Positions 14,236 through 25,554 of a stretch of DNA of 64,000 bases are shown here, piece by piece. Numbering within the stretch: the first letter of the stretch is position 1; every line of letters begins with the position of its first letter. Under the pieces are notes generated by a model. The model searched no databases. It was not told where the DNA came from and saw only the letters and a list, made by a program, of their open reading frames with translations. The translations under genes were made by a program, and so were the position numbers. The DNA is from Camelus ferus (taxonomy: Eukaryota), in the NCBI RefSeq assembly GCF_009834535.1, contig NC_045707.1, forward strand, positions 57,228,001 through 57,292,000. Direction: 5' to 3'.

Positions 14236-15536
14236 GAGTCCCCCAAAGCAAGGGACATAAGTCCATATATTACTTGATAGTGCATACCAGTGCTTAGGTC
14301 AGTGCTGGCAACGTAAAAGAGGATCAGTCAAACGCTACTGAAAAAAGTGAACTGGATGGAGAAAGGTGCTCACTCAGATTCTAAAGGCAAAAACCATGCC
14401 AATAGCTCCAAACAATCAGGAAAGGACAGGGCATGGTGGGGACACAGAACAGGCTCTGGTCGAGATGCCCTTCTCCATTCCAGGTATCCCCACGCTCAAC
14501 AAGGAGACATCTGTCAAATGCAAATCTGACCATGTCATTCTACCATCTCTCTGCTGGCAACTTGGAAATGGTAAGGGGAAACCCAATTGCAGTGTCTCAC
14601 AAACTTTTAGAGGAAACTCTCCCTAATGGCTGGCAGATAAAAGCAACCACACTCTTAATGGCTGCTAGGCACATAGCCCAAAGAGCAGCCACAACTTTTG
14701 AGTTCTTCTAGACTGTGTGACTCATTCTGGCAAGTTTGGCATTTATTCTACAAATGTAACTCTTTGTTGTAATATAAAAACAATGTTTATAACTGCTTAT
14801 AATTGCAAATCCAGGAGAAAAAGACTTTATTCCTACCATGATTACTAGCATCACCTGTCTTTATGTGCATTCTTTCTGGGGTACTCCATAGTGCACCCTC
14901 ATATACAGGACAGGACTACAGAGCTAATCTGATCTACTTGGCGTGACACATAAATCCCTTCCAATCCAGCCTCACCCTCTCCCATCTCTCCAGTGAACAC
15001 AATTATTGGCAACCACATTAATAGTCAAATTTCAATCTGTTAACAATTAGGATCTTGGACTTGGACTTCAATAATTAGGATCTTGTTGACTTTGAGAGGA
15101 CCTATCCATCCTTCCAAACCCTACTAGGTGTGATTTTATTGAAGTCCTTCGTCATCCTCTTCCTCCCCAGTGTGTGGATACTTCGTAATACTCCCCTAGT
15201 TTATTGTTCGCTTGCATTTGTTTAAGTGGCTGTCTCCATACTAGACTGTGCTGTCCCTGGTGACAGGCTCTTGCTTTAGTCGGCTTAACATCCCCGTGCG
15301 AAGCAGAGCCCTGCCATACAGGTAAATCTTTGGTCTATAAGAAGTTGGCCTCACAAAAGGTAAACCAAATCCCTCAAGTCAGGGAAAGACAGCTGACTCT
15401 GAATTTAAACACAAATTAAGAGGTATGAACACATCTCCAGTCTCGTTTTCTTTCCCAAAAGAACTCCAGGTTCCGGTGCAGGGGACGTCGAGCCTTGGCG
15501 CGCAAGACTGATGGAGTCGGGGAAGGAATCACTCAC

Positions 15537-15844
15537 CAGCTGGTGGAAGGCGGGTGTCTGTTCTCCAGCGTTTTGGTCCAGGGCTTGTACCAGCTGATCT
15601 GCTCCGCGGCTTTGCCCCAGAACCTCTCGGGGTCCGCCACCGAGGCCGCGAAGTGTGTCTGGTACTCGCTGCCGCCCGAGGACAGCGCCCGGCAGCCCCG
15701 GCCGCCGAAAGGGCCCCGCGGGCCGGGGGTCATGTACGCCCGGCGGGCCGGGCCGGCTCCCCGGGCGGGAGAGGACGCGGGCAGGGACCCCCCGAGTCCC
15801 CCGGCGCCGGTGACTTTGCGACACTGCAGCCAAGACGGCTTCAT
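15537..15844 (-). CDS. ACSS3: ACSS3 coding exon 1 (mitochondrial targeting region plus start of acyl-CoA synthetase N-terminal domain); 308 nt, ends in phase 2
   Basis: Translates MKPSWLQCRKVTGAGGLGGSLPASSPARGAG...EYQTHFAASVADPERFWGKAAEQISWYKPWTKTLENRHPPSTSW, matching the recalled N-terminus of mammalian ACSS3. ATG context gcggcgATGa. Canonical donor TG|GTGAGT with GT at 15536-15535; the ORF-track stop is intronic. Confidence 0.96.
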
Positions 15845-16068
15845 CGCCGCCAGCGGTCCCCGCCTGCAGGCTGCGCTGCCCGCGGGCTCGAGTGCACGCC
15901 TCGGGTGACCACTGGGGCGCTCGCGACTCGCTGGGGTCCGAGGGGCGCAGGAGGGAGGCGGGGACAAATTCCGAGGTGTGCCCGCAGCCCGCGAGTTTGG
16001 AAGTCACACTACAGTCGCCGGGAAAAACCGACCTGGAGCGGCGAGGGAGGGAAGCAACAGGCTGGAGT

Positions 16069-16090
16069 GGGGGCGGGGCGGGGGCGGGGC
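16069..16090. promoter_or_regulatory. Tandem GC boxes (Sp/KLF sites)
   Basis: GGGGGCGGGGCGGGGGCGGGGC contains three GGGCGG cores ~230 bp upstream of the ATG. Confidence 0.75.
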
Positions 16091-16441
16091 TGGGGTCGCG
16101 GCGGGGTCACAGCGCCCCGAGAGGGGCGAGCGCCGCGCCGCCTGAAGTCCGACGTCGTCGCGCGTCTCCGGCTCTGCGGCTCCGCCGGGGAGAGCGCCCT
16201 CCCCGCGCCGACACACAGGTACCCCAAGGTGAGGCCGACGGACCCAGTCACTCTCAGTTTTCCGACACAGAAGTTGCGCGCGGCTTCTCACGGAGGGTCT
16301 GTGGACAGCGGGCGGGGTAGAAGGCCGCGCCTCGGGCGGGCGGCGGGAGTCGGTCCCGCTGGGCTTTGCGGCCGAGGCCCCACAGGTGTCACGTTTTATG
16401 TGTTTATTTCTTTTGAAAACAAACTCAATCACTGGTTACTT

Positions 16442-16461
16442 AAAAAAAAAAAAAAAAAAAA
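16442..16461 (+). repeat. Poly(A)20 at the CpG-island edge
   Basis: Direct count. Confidence 0.9.
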
Positions 16462-19400
16462 GCGACTCCAGGGCAGGGCAGGGACTGCTCCAGGATTTCC
16501 TGAGAGCTGAGAGGAGGAGGAGTGGAGGGAGGTGGCCCAGTCGAATTGGGAAGTGCTTCGTGGGGGTGATTGACAGGCCCTGTGGGGAAGGTAGCCCCAT
16601 GGGGACCAGGATTCACTTGCTGACTGGACTCCCCGCAGGATCTAAGCAGAAAACAGAACAACTTGTTTTTCCTCCCTTCCAATTTGGAGTGTCTTTGGCC
16701 CATTTTTGGATGAGCCAAAAAAAAAAAAATTATTATTTAATGCCAAAAAGACAGAGCTAAGGAAAGATGAAATGAATCAAAAGAGAAAAAGAGAAGGCTG
16801 AGGAAAATTCAGAGAGAAAGGCGGTAGAAATTACTGAGTTTAACATTCTTCAGACTCCTTCACTGGTGTTTTACCTGTTAGTGAAATTCAGATGTGATCC
16901 CCTTTGTCTTATATTATGCCAAATACATTCTGCTTGGTGTGACAGTATTTGTAGTTTTAAATGTAAGGATGTCTGTTCCCAAATCTGAAATGAGAAAGAA
17001 TAACGCCCCAACCCTAGGAAGGACTGTAAAATTGAGAAGCTGTAAACAGATTTTTCTACAGGAAAAAATAAATAATGTGGCGATAAAGATTAAACAGAAC
17101 AGAGACAAATCTAATGCAAAACAAAGAACATTTCTTAAAATAATCACCTCAGCTCTTCCCTTTCAACTGAGGAAGAAAGCCCTAGACTTTTCCCTAACAA
17201 CTGCAGCTTACCCTCTTCCAAAGGCCTTGCCTCAAATGATTTCCACGAGCAAAAGGCACTTGCCACTACTTGAATCCAGAGAAAGTTACCATGCAACCAT
17301 TTTAACCTCCTGGCCCCCTCCTTTCCTCTGCCTAGTTGTGTTAAGGCTGCTATCTGGTCTACAAGATCCTGTGACCTCAAATCAGCCCTTACTGTATTAC
17401 AGTGATGTCCACCTCAGTCGTTTGCTTAGGGAATATGTATGCAGGTTGTGATTTGTTGGGGGAATATGAAGGGGGCAAGCAGACAGTTAAAGGTTCCTAC
17501 TGCGTGTCCACATTGTGCTGGCACTTTTGAATATGTTAGCTCCTGTGATTCCTAAAGGAATATGAAGAAGTGGGAGCTATAAGTCCCATGTTGACCGCCT
17601 TGAGGCGCTGTATCCTGGCACACCTGTAATTCAAGGTGCACAGGCTCCTCCAGGACAGCCCATTCCACCTGCCACTCACCCCAACAGACTCTATAAATTA
17701 CTGTACAAAGATTATCATTTTCTTTCTGTGCCCCAACTTGATTAAGGTGGGGCATCTGACTCCAAGATCCATGATTTTCACACCAAGCTAATTATTTTTC
17801 TGTCAAAAAGAAGAAAGATTTTAGACTTCCAATAAAATATGACAAGTTGTGTACTCACATCAATTCCTCTTCTTCTAGAAGAAAAAGAATCAAAGTGGGG
17901 TGGTGGTGGTAAAAATTCTACAAGAACAAAGAGAACAGGAGAGGACAAGAAACCAAATGAGAGAATGGAAAGAAAATGAATTTGGTATATGACTTAAAGG
18001 GGGAGGGGGGAGCTGAATTTAACTACTGTTAGAGGAGCAAATGGATTTCCTCATCAGAAACCTGAAATGTCTTAGGATTTGGAGACCCCAGTTTCCTCTG
18101 AAGGTTCAGAATGAAGGTTAAGGGCTTAAAAGCAAAGGGGTTAATTAAAAGATTGTGTGAGGCCCCCACCCCTGACACTGCTGGATAAAACCATTTTCTT
18201 TGGACCCTGCAGTACTGTCTTGTTTTAAGTTATTGTATGAAAAAGATTGTTAATATAAGTTCCATATCAAGCAAAGGGAAGAGCATGAGTGAAGGTAAGT
18301 CCAGCACAGATGAGGAGCATAGTATACACATAGAACTAGAGTGCACAAAACGACTAGAAACTTCTACTAGAGCCAGATAGGGAGCTACAAAATAGTCAAA
18401 TACAAGCCAGGACCTTTTTTACACTAAAAGCTTGTGAACTAATAATTAAACATATGAAAAGCTTAAAATCATTAACCATTGAATCCCAGTACTACCCCTT
18501 ACTAATTTCCCTACACTGTGTAATTTCCCTACACTGTGACTGAGACTGAGGTTGATAATCCTTACTTCACAGGAGTGTTGCAAGATTTAAATATATGTAA
18601 ATTGCTTAGCACCAAGGCAGTAGCAAACCAAGCGAATTTAAACAATTGGCTATGAACAAACAGCCAATCCAAAAAATCAACCCCCAAACCTCCAGCTTCA
18701 TTAACATCCTCAAAATTTTACAACCAGAAAGCTTTGAAAGAAATTAATTTAGGCATGCATGTACGTTCTGTCCTGCTTCAAAAATTAAATTATATTTTTA
18801 GCTAATTTGGGGACAGGATACTCATATTCTTTTCAATATTTAAGCCCTCTAAAATTCCAACTTTTATAATAAGTACAGTATTTCATTGTATGTCAATAAA
18901 TGGTATGTTTAACATGCTATTCAAGATGGCATTTTAAACACCTTAAGCAGACTGATTGATCAGATTATCTGAGAGAAACTTTCTAGTAAATGGAAGAAGC
19001 ACAATGACGAACAGTGATGAAATAAAAGAGAAAGAATGAAGGGAAGGGAGGAAACTGGAGTCAGAATACTTAATGCCTAAGAAAAAGATGCTGAAAATTA
19101 GCAGGAGAGCAGAGTGGAATTAGAATTAAAAGAGAAAAAAGATAAAGGAATCCTACATCTTAATTTTTCCCTGTTTACAATTTTTGCCTGGAAGCGGTCA
19201 TTCTTAGTACAGGCCAACCTTTTGCCAACAGAGAGAGTAAAAGGGATTAAAAAATGTACAATTTGAAATTAAGTGTGGATTACCCTGGTCATTATTACAT
19301 TATTCTGCTGGCCACAGAATTCATGTTTTCACATAAATCTGTTAAGAGTCAGATGTCTAACTTTGGGTAAGTATTAGAACTACTAAGAATTTTACTTATG

Positions 19401-21500
19401 ACAAAAGCTAAAAATGGCCTCATATATTGAATTTCTTGGATATTATGAAAACTTGGCAAGTACATATAGAAACACTTGCAAAAATTACTTTATCTCTGTA
19501 GCAGGTACACACTGAGCTGAAATTTGAGCCTGCAGAAACACTGCAGATTTATTTTGATTTGGGAAAGACTTTCTGGAAAATATGCTGATTTTCACGGCTT
19601 AGTAAATATTTTTAAAACTTCTAAAGTGATACAGCGCATAGTAATGTAATTTTAAGCTCCTATTTTGAAACATTTTTCTTTTTGCCCACATAGTAATTAC
19701 AATAAAGGCAAAGAGAAAAAGGCAAATAAAAGAATTGTTTTCAAATAAATAACAAGTGGAAAGACACTTTACAACTTCAGTTCATTCTGACAACCAAATA
19801 TAAGGCATGGGATTCATTCACTAGCCTTATTTTTATTTCTTAAAAAAATCCTAAAGTTTATTTTTAGTCAGTAAGTATTAATAAAAATACAGTTGCTTTT
19901 ATTTGAGAAAAAAATGGAAAGAAACAACCTAGGCAAATATTTCCAATCATTTTTTTCAAGTTCTTGAGTTTTTTGTTTTTGTTTTTGTCTTTTTTTTGGT
20001 TTTCTGGTGGGTTTTTTGGTTTGATTGTTCTCTGTATAGCAATTTACAGTTGAGGGGGGAATCTCATCAGTACAGTTGTGTTGGAAAAATCACAGAATGG
20101 CTAATATTTTAATCAGACATGAACATCCTTGAGAAATCATTTTAAATTCTTCCTTACATATAATTCCTAAGAAAACTTTTCTCTTTCTGTTTTGCATTCC
20201 TAAGCCAAAACCACTGTTTTTTACTCAACTATTTGTTATAATACTTTAAATATATAAGAAATGATCTCATTATCAGAGAACAAAAGGTGAAAAAGGAAAG
20301 AAATATCTTCTATAATAAAATTTTTCACAAACTGTAGTTGATTACCTAACATTACTTTGGGTTGCCAATTTGTGTGTGTGTGTGTGTATGTGTGTGTGTG
20401 GTAGTAAGATACAAAATTAAACTAGAAAATGAAACAAGTCCAGTTAACCAAAAGAGCTGCTCTTATGTAACAAGGGAGTGGGCAATCATTTTGGAGTTTT
20501 AAAGAAAACACAAGTATTTCAACTGAAGTACTGTTTTAAAATTAAAGAAAATTTGGAAACAAAGAAATGACTTACGTTAGGTAGATCATATAAACAGGTA
20601 TCTCATTTATTTATGGGAAGCACTATGGACAAGAAAATTTTAAAGTATGGAATATAGGTTGAGTATTTGGACACTTTTTCCAACCATCATTCTGAACGAT
20701 GAGATGCTTAGATGACCCTTGTGATACCTTTATGTTCTACCTGTTGATACAGATCCCTACCTGTTTTTAGAATTGAACACCTAACTATTTAGAGATCCAA
20801 AGTGTGTTTAGAATTTCCAGTAAAGATATTTTGTGTATTAAAAGGATTTCAATGGACTTCTCTGTCAGTTGCTTGCACTTGCTTTTTTTGCTTAACCCAG
20901 ATACTCTTGTACCTTGTGTGTATATAAAGTTTGTCTCTTTATATTTATGTACTTATAACTCTCTGTGGGATAAAGTTTATTTTTCTGTAACATTATATTG
21001 CTTCTTCCCATTGAAACCTTTGTCAGCCTAGTATAAACCGACACATCAGTTTTGAAAGAGTAAGAGAAGTGTTATTAGTGTTTTCATTTTTTGTCTTTTT
21101 TTTTTTTGTAACATTGTTTTATACCTATGAACTTCGAGTAATATTGCTGGGCTCAGCCAGACTATTCCAGCTACTGGCATCTCCTCCTTTCCTCTCTGCT
21201 GTGACAACACCATAACAAAGTGCAAAGGCTTTTTGATAGATTACACCTGCAATAATGACTATACATGTATGTGTGTGGATGTGTGTGAAATGACTAATTT
21301 CTGCTATCCTCCTTTAACATCTGTAAATTTCATTCTTTCTTCGCTGCTTCGATGAGCTAATCTAACAGCCTGTTCACCTACCTCCTATCACTCAGTTAAT
21401 CCACAAGTATTTACTAAGGCCCTCTCCCCATGTTCAGCAGCCTTCTAGGAACACAAAGAATTATTTATAAATTGCTAAGAATCTATCTCTGTTATTAAGT

Positions 21501-23124
21501 ATTTTTTAACATTTTTTATTGATTTATAATCATTTTACAATGTCGTGTCAAATTCCAGTGTAAAGCACAATTTTTCAGTTATACGTGAACATGTATATAT
21601 TCATTGTCACATTTTTTTCTCTGTGAGCTGCCATAAGATCTTGTGTATATTTCCCTGTGCTATACAGTATAATCTTGTTTATCTGTTCTTAAATTTTCAA
21701 ATCCCATCTATCCCTTCCCACCCTCCACCCCCTTGGCAACCACAAGTTTGTATTCTATGAGTCTATTTCTGTTTTGTATTTATGCTTTCTTTGTTTGTTT
21801 GTTTTAGATTCCACATATGAGCGATCTCATATGGTATTTTTCTTTCTCTTTCTGGCTTACTTCACTTAGAATGACATTCTCCAGGAACATCCATGTTGCT
21901 GCAAATGGTGTTATGTTGTCGGGTTTTATGGCTGAGTAGTATTCCGTTGTATAAATATACCACATCTTCTTTATCTAGTCATCTGTTGATGGACATTTAG
22001 GCTGTTTCCATGTCTTGGCTATTGTAAATAATGCTGCTATGAACATTGGGGTGCAGGTGTCATTTTGAAGTAGGGTTCCTTCTGGATATATGCCCAGGAG
22101 TGGGATTCCTGGGTCATACGGTAAGTCTATTCGTAGTCTTTTGAGAAATCTCCATACTGTTTTCCACAGTGGCTGCACCAAACTGCATTCCCACCAGCAG
22201 TGTAGGAGGGTTCCCTTTTCTCCACAGTCTCTCCAGCATTTGTCATTTGTGGATTTTTGAATGATGGCCATTCTGACTGGTGTGAGGTGATACCTCATTG
22301 TAGTTTTGATTTGCATTTCTCTGATAATTAGTGATATTGAGCATTTTTTCATGTGCCTATTGATCATGTGTATATCTTCCTTGTAGAGTTGCTTGTTTAG
22401 GTCTTTTGCCCATTTTTGGATTGGGTTGTTTTTTGTTTCTTATTAAGTCGTATGAGCTGCTTATATATTCTGGAGATCAAGCCTTTGTCGGTTTCATTTG
22501 CAAAAATTTTCTCCCATTCCGTAGGTTGTCTTTTTGTTTTACTTATGGTTTCCTTTGCTGTGCAGAAGCTTCTAAGTTTCATTAGGTCCCATTTGTTTGT
22601 TCTTGCTTTTATTTCTATTGCTTTGGTAGACTGCCCTAGGAGAACATTTTTGGGATGTATGTCAGACAATGTTTTGCCTATATTTTCTTCTAGGAGGTTT
22701 ATTGTATCTTGTCTTATGTTTAAGTCTTTGATCCATTTTGAGTTTATTTTTGTGTATGGTGTAAGAGAGTGTTCTAGCTTCATTGCTTTACATGCTGCTG
22801 TCCAGTTTTCCCAACACCATTTGCTGAAGAGACTGTCTTTATTCCATCGTATATTCTTGCCTCCTTTGTCAAAGATTAGTTGACCAAAAGTTTGTGGGTT
22901 CATTTCTGGGCTCTCTTTTCTGTTCTGTTGGTCTATATGTCTGTTTCTGTACCAATACCATGCTGTCTTGATGACTGTAGCTCTGTAGCATTGTCTGAAG
23001 TCTGGGAGAGTTATTCCTCCAGCCTCTTTCTTTCTCTTCAGTAATGCTTTGGCAATTCTAGGTCTTTGATGGTTCCATATAAATTTTATTATGATTTGTT
23101 CTAGTTCTGTGAAATATGTCCTGG
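21501..23124 (-). mobile_element. Relatively young 5'-truncated LINE-1 (camelid-type): ORF2 C-terminus and 3'UTR
   Basis: ORF2 peptides [16 protein letters not shown]...[35 protein letters not shown] and the CCHC motif [18 protein letters not shown]. One frameshift near 22430, premature TAG at 21975, natural stop ~21804. AATAAA and short A tail at ~21500-21520. Confidence 0.95.
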
Positions 23125-23424
23125 TAGCTCAGTCTCATTAGGAGGAAAACAAGTCATCAAGTGCCATATAGTTTGTTAGGCCTTTTAGAGGTAGATGAAA
23201 AAGCAAATGTGAAGGACCAAAATATGGAATGGAAAACTCCAAGTTTAAGGCACAAGTAACCATTCTAAAACATAAATTAGTTGTATCACTCTCTTGCCTA
23301 AAACCTGTCGATGGCTTCCCACTGCCTATAGTGGAAAACCCAATGCCCAAAGCCCTTAGCATAGACCTGTCATTTTCACTTGGGATCTATTCTGCTCCCC
23401 TAGGGGGCATTTATAAATAAGTAG

Positions 23425-23983
23425 TGTATTGTTATCTATTGCTGTCTAATAAATTATTCCCTAATTTAGGAGCTTAAAACAACAGATGTTTATTATCTCA
23501 TATGAGCTGCTGTTGATCAAGAATCAGGATGAGTTAGTTAGCTGGGTGCTTCTGCCTCTAATGAAGTGGTCAGTACTATGGTCACCTCAATGGGCAGGAG
23601 AATCTGGTTCACCTTTACTCACATGGCCGTTGGCAGGAGGCTTCAGTTCATGGGGCTGTTCAGAGGTCATGGCAGCTGGCTATCCCCAGAGAAAGATAAG
23701 AGAGTGAGTAATTGATTGAGTGGTTGTGTGTGTGTATGTGTGTGTGTGTATGTGTGTGTATGCGTGTGTGCGTGCGGAGGGGAGAGAGAGAGAGAGAGAG
23801 ACCAAAACAAACTCCACAATCTTTCATAATGCAATCTCATCTCAGAAGGGCAAATTTGTCACTTCTGTTTTACGCTATTGGTCACACAGACAAATTCTGG
23901 TACAATGTGGGTGGAGACTATACAAGGTTGTGAATAGGAAGAGTCTGGGTGATTGGGGACCATCTTGGAGGCTGGCTGCCAAA
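23425..23983 (-). mobile_element. MLT1 solo LTR with internal (TG)n/(GA)n microsatellite
   Basis: Starts TGTATTGTTATCTATTGCTG...GCTTAAAACAACA and ends GGGACCATCTTGGAGGCTGGCTGCCA. Probable 5-bp TSD AGTAG (23420-23424) / AGTAA (23984-23988). Confidence 0.8.
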
Positions 23984-24149
23984 AGTAAGGATACTTTTGG
24001 TTTGTCATAATGGCTGGAGATTGCTATTAACATGAGCAAAGACCAAGAATATTAAAATCTTGTATAAGAAAGAATCATAGCCCCTCACAAAACTGCCAAC
24101 AGTATTGCCAAATAGCTCTGCTATGTTTTGGGTACACTACCCTTTTCCT

Positions 24150-24550
24150 ACACGCACACACCCAACTCTTTCTGTATTTGGCTTCTTGCAATTCCCTGTA
24201 AAATCCTATTCCTTCGAGTTGCACAAATCTTCCTTCTGGCTGCAGTGCCTTCTTCACCTTGGCAACCTCTCCAACTGTCTCTTTAGGATTTAGTACAAAT
24301 CCCTTCATCTCCTGGATGCATCCGATCACATTAAGCAGATGAGCTCTTGCTTTTTTTTTTTTCCAATTCTTATATTTGTTATAGCACTTATCACACTGCT
24401 GTAATTACTTTTACCAACCCTTCTCCCCCAGAAAACTGTGGACCCTGCAGGAATATGTTTTATAATCTTAGTTTAGTCTCAGTGTCCCCGTACCTTACTC
24501 AGTCCCTGCACATAGCAAACACTTCTTAATGCAAGATAGTGAATGAATGA
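24150..24550 (+). mobile_element. L2 3' fragment
   Basis: TTATAGCACTTATCACACTG...CAGTGTCCCC...TGAATGAATGA terminus. Confidence 0.6.
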
Positions 24551-25554
24551 CCAAATTAGTGGTATGCTGTCTGTGTTTGTGTACATGTGTATACAAAGGT
24601 GCTGCCACTTAAGAGAAAATTGTAGAATGTAAAAGCTTGAGAACAACTGACTTGCTCCATTTTAATCCAGACTCTGCTTTGTTCCATTTGTTTCCTGTTA
24701 AAGTGCAAATTCGCCTTTACTTCTCATAATCTATTTTTAAATAAGTGTTTTACATCTTTGCCAAAAGGATAACCAAAAGTTATATTTTCATAGGTTGTGT
24801 CTATCAATTTTAGAGGGCGCTACCTGATTAATGCACTTATTTTTCAGAAAATGTTCATGTTAAAGAATTTAAATATAAATTAAGAAAGAATAATCCTGTC
24901 TCAGTGCATTTAATGATGTTTGACTGTTGAACTCAAAGAGTTAACATAAATTCTAAATGTGCTATATTACAGCCATTGGAATTTATTAAAGTGAATCTGC
25001 AGTAATAGGATAAAAGGTTGATTTCCTAAAAGAGTTATTATAAGCACCAAATGGGCCAAGTTATGGGAAAGTGCAATCTGAAGCTCTGAAGACTGAAGTA
25101 TACTCTTCTAAAGGAGCTAATGCAATATCCAACCGCATTAACCTAAGGAGTAGCTTATTAACTGAAGCACCTATGCTACGTAGGAATAATTTAGTGGCCT
25201 TCTAGGGCTTGGAGTGTTGCTTCTGGTGTTAGATTCCAGGCTTGTCCATTTTTGTGACAGATTCAACCTGCCAGTCATGGTCATGCCCTGACGACCTTCT
25301 GCTAAACCTTCCAGATATTGAGTGACTTCCTGGACCTTCACCTGCTCCAGAACTCCTCTGATACTCTGCTTGGAGGTACGAATAGTTTCATGTCTACTCG
25401 TGTATTTAGATAGTCCTTTTAGCAAAAAGACTATATGTCTGACATATAGTTGAATATGTGCATTCTACTCCTAGCTGGTCTGCAGCCCAGAAGAGGCCAC
25501 TCCACATTAAGCTGCCCCAATAAAATGCCTTTTACTGAAAAAAAAAAATCAACT

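Larger units (their letters stand above)
1..15536 (-). other. ACSS3: ACSS3 intron 1 (partial, continues beyond the left edge)
   Basis: Follows the exon-1 donor. No sequence encoding the expected exon-2 peptide (FVEGMLNICYNA...) found by eye; repeat-rich. Confidence 0.8.
15470..16395. promoter_or_regulatory. CpG island / ACSS3 promoter and 5'UTR
   Basis: Abrupt switch to very GC- and CpG-dense sequence in an otherwise CpG-depleted window; spans exon 1 and ~550 bp upstream of the ATG. Confidence 0.93.

Noticed and set aside
16008..16021. ZNF143/THAP11-type ACTACA motif
   Set aside because: Only the ACTACA half matches; the following TCCC part is absent.
15405..16760. Many long overlapping ORFs (318, 200, 142, 137 and 124 aa) around exon 1
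   Set aside because: Low-complexity Arg/Gly/Pro/Ala translations expected from stop-poor CpG-island DNA; mostly non-ATG starts; only the MKPSW frame matches a known protein.
21975..22903. 168-aa and 130-aa ORFs, and the antisense 155-aa ORF, as host genes
   Set aside because: Broken L1 ORF2 fragments and their antisense shadow.
25330..25375. Minus-strand GVLEQV resembling the ACSS3 exon-2 end (EVLEQ|V)
   Set aside because: Lies upstream of exon 1 and the similarity does not extend; chance match.
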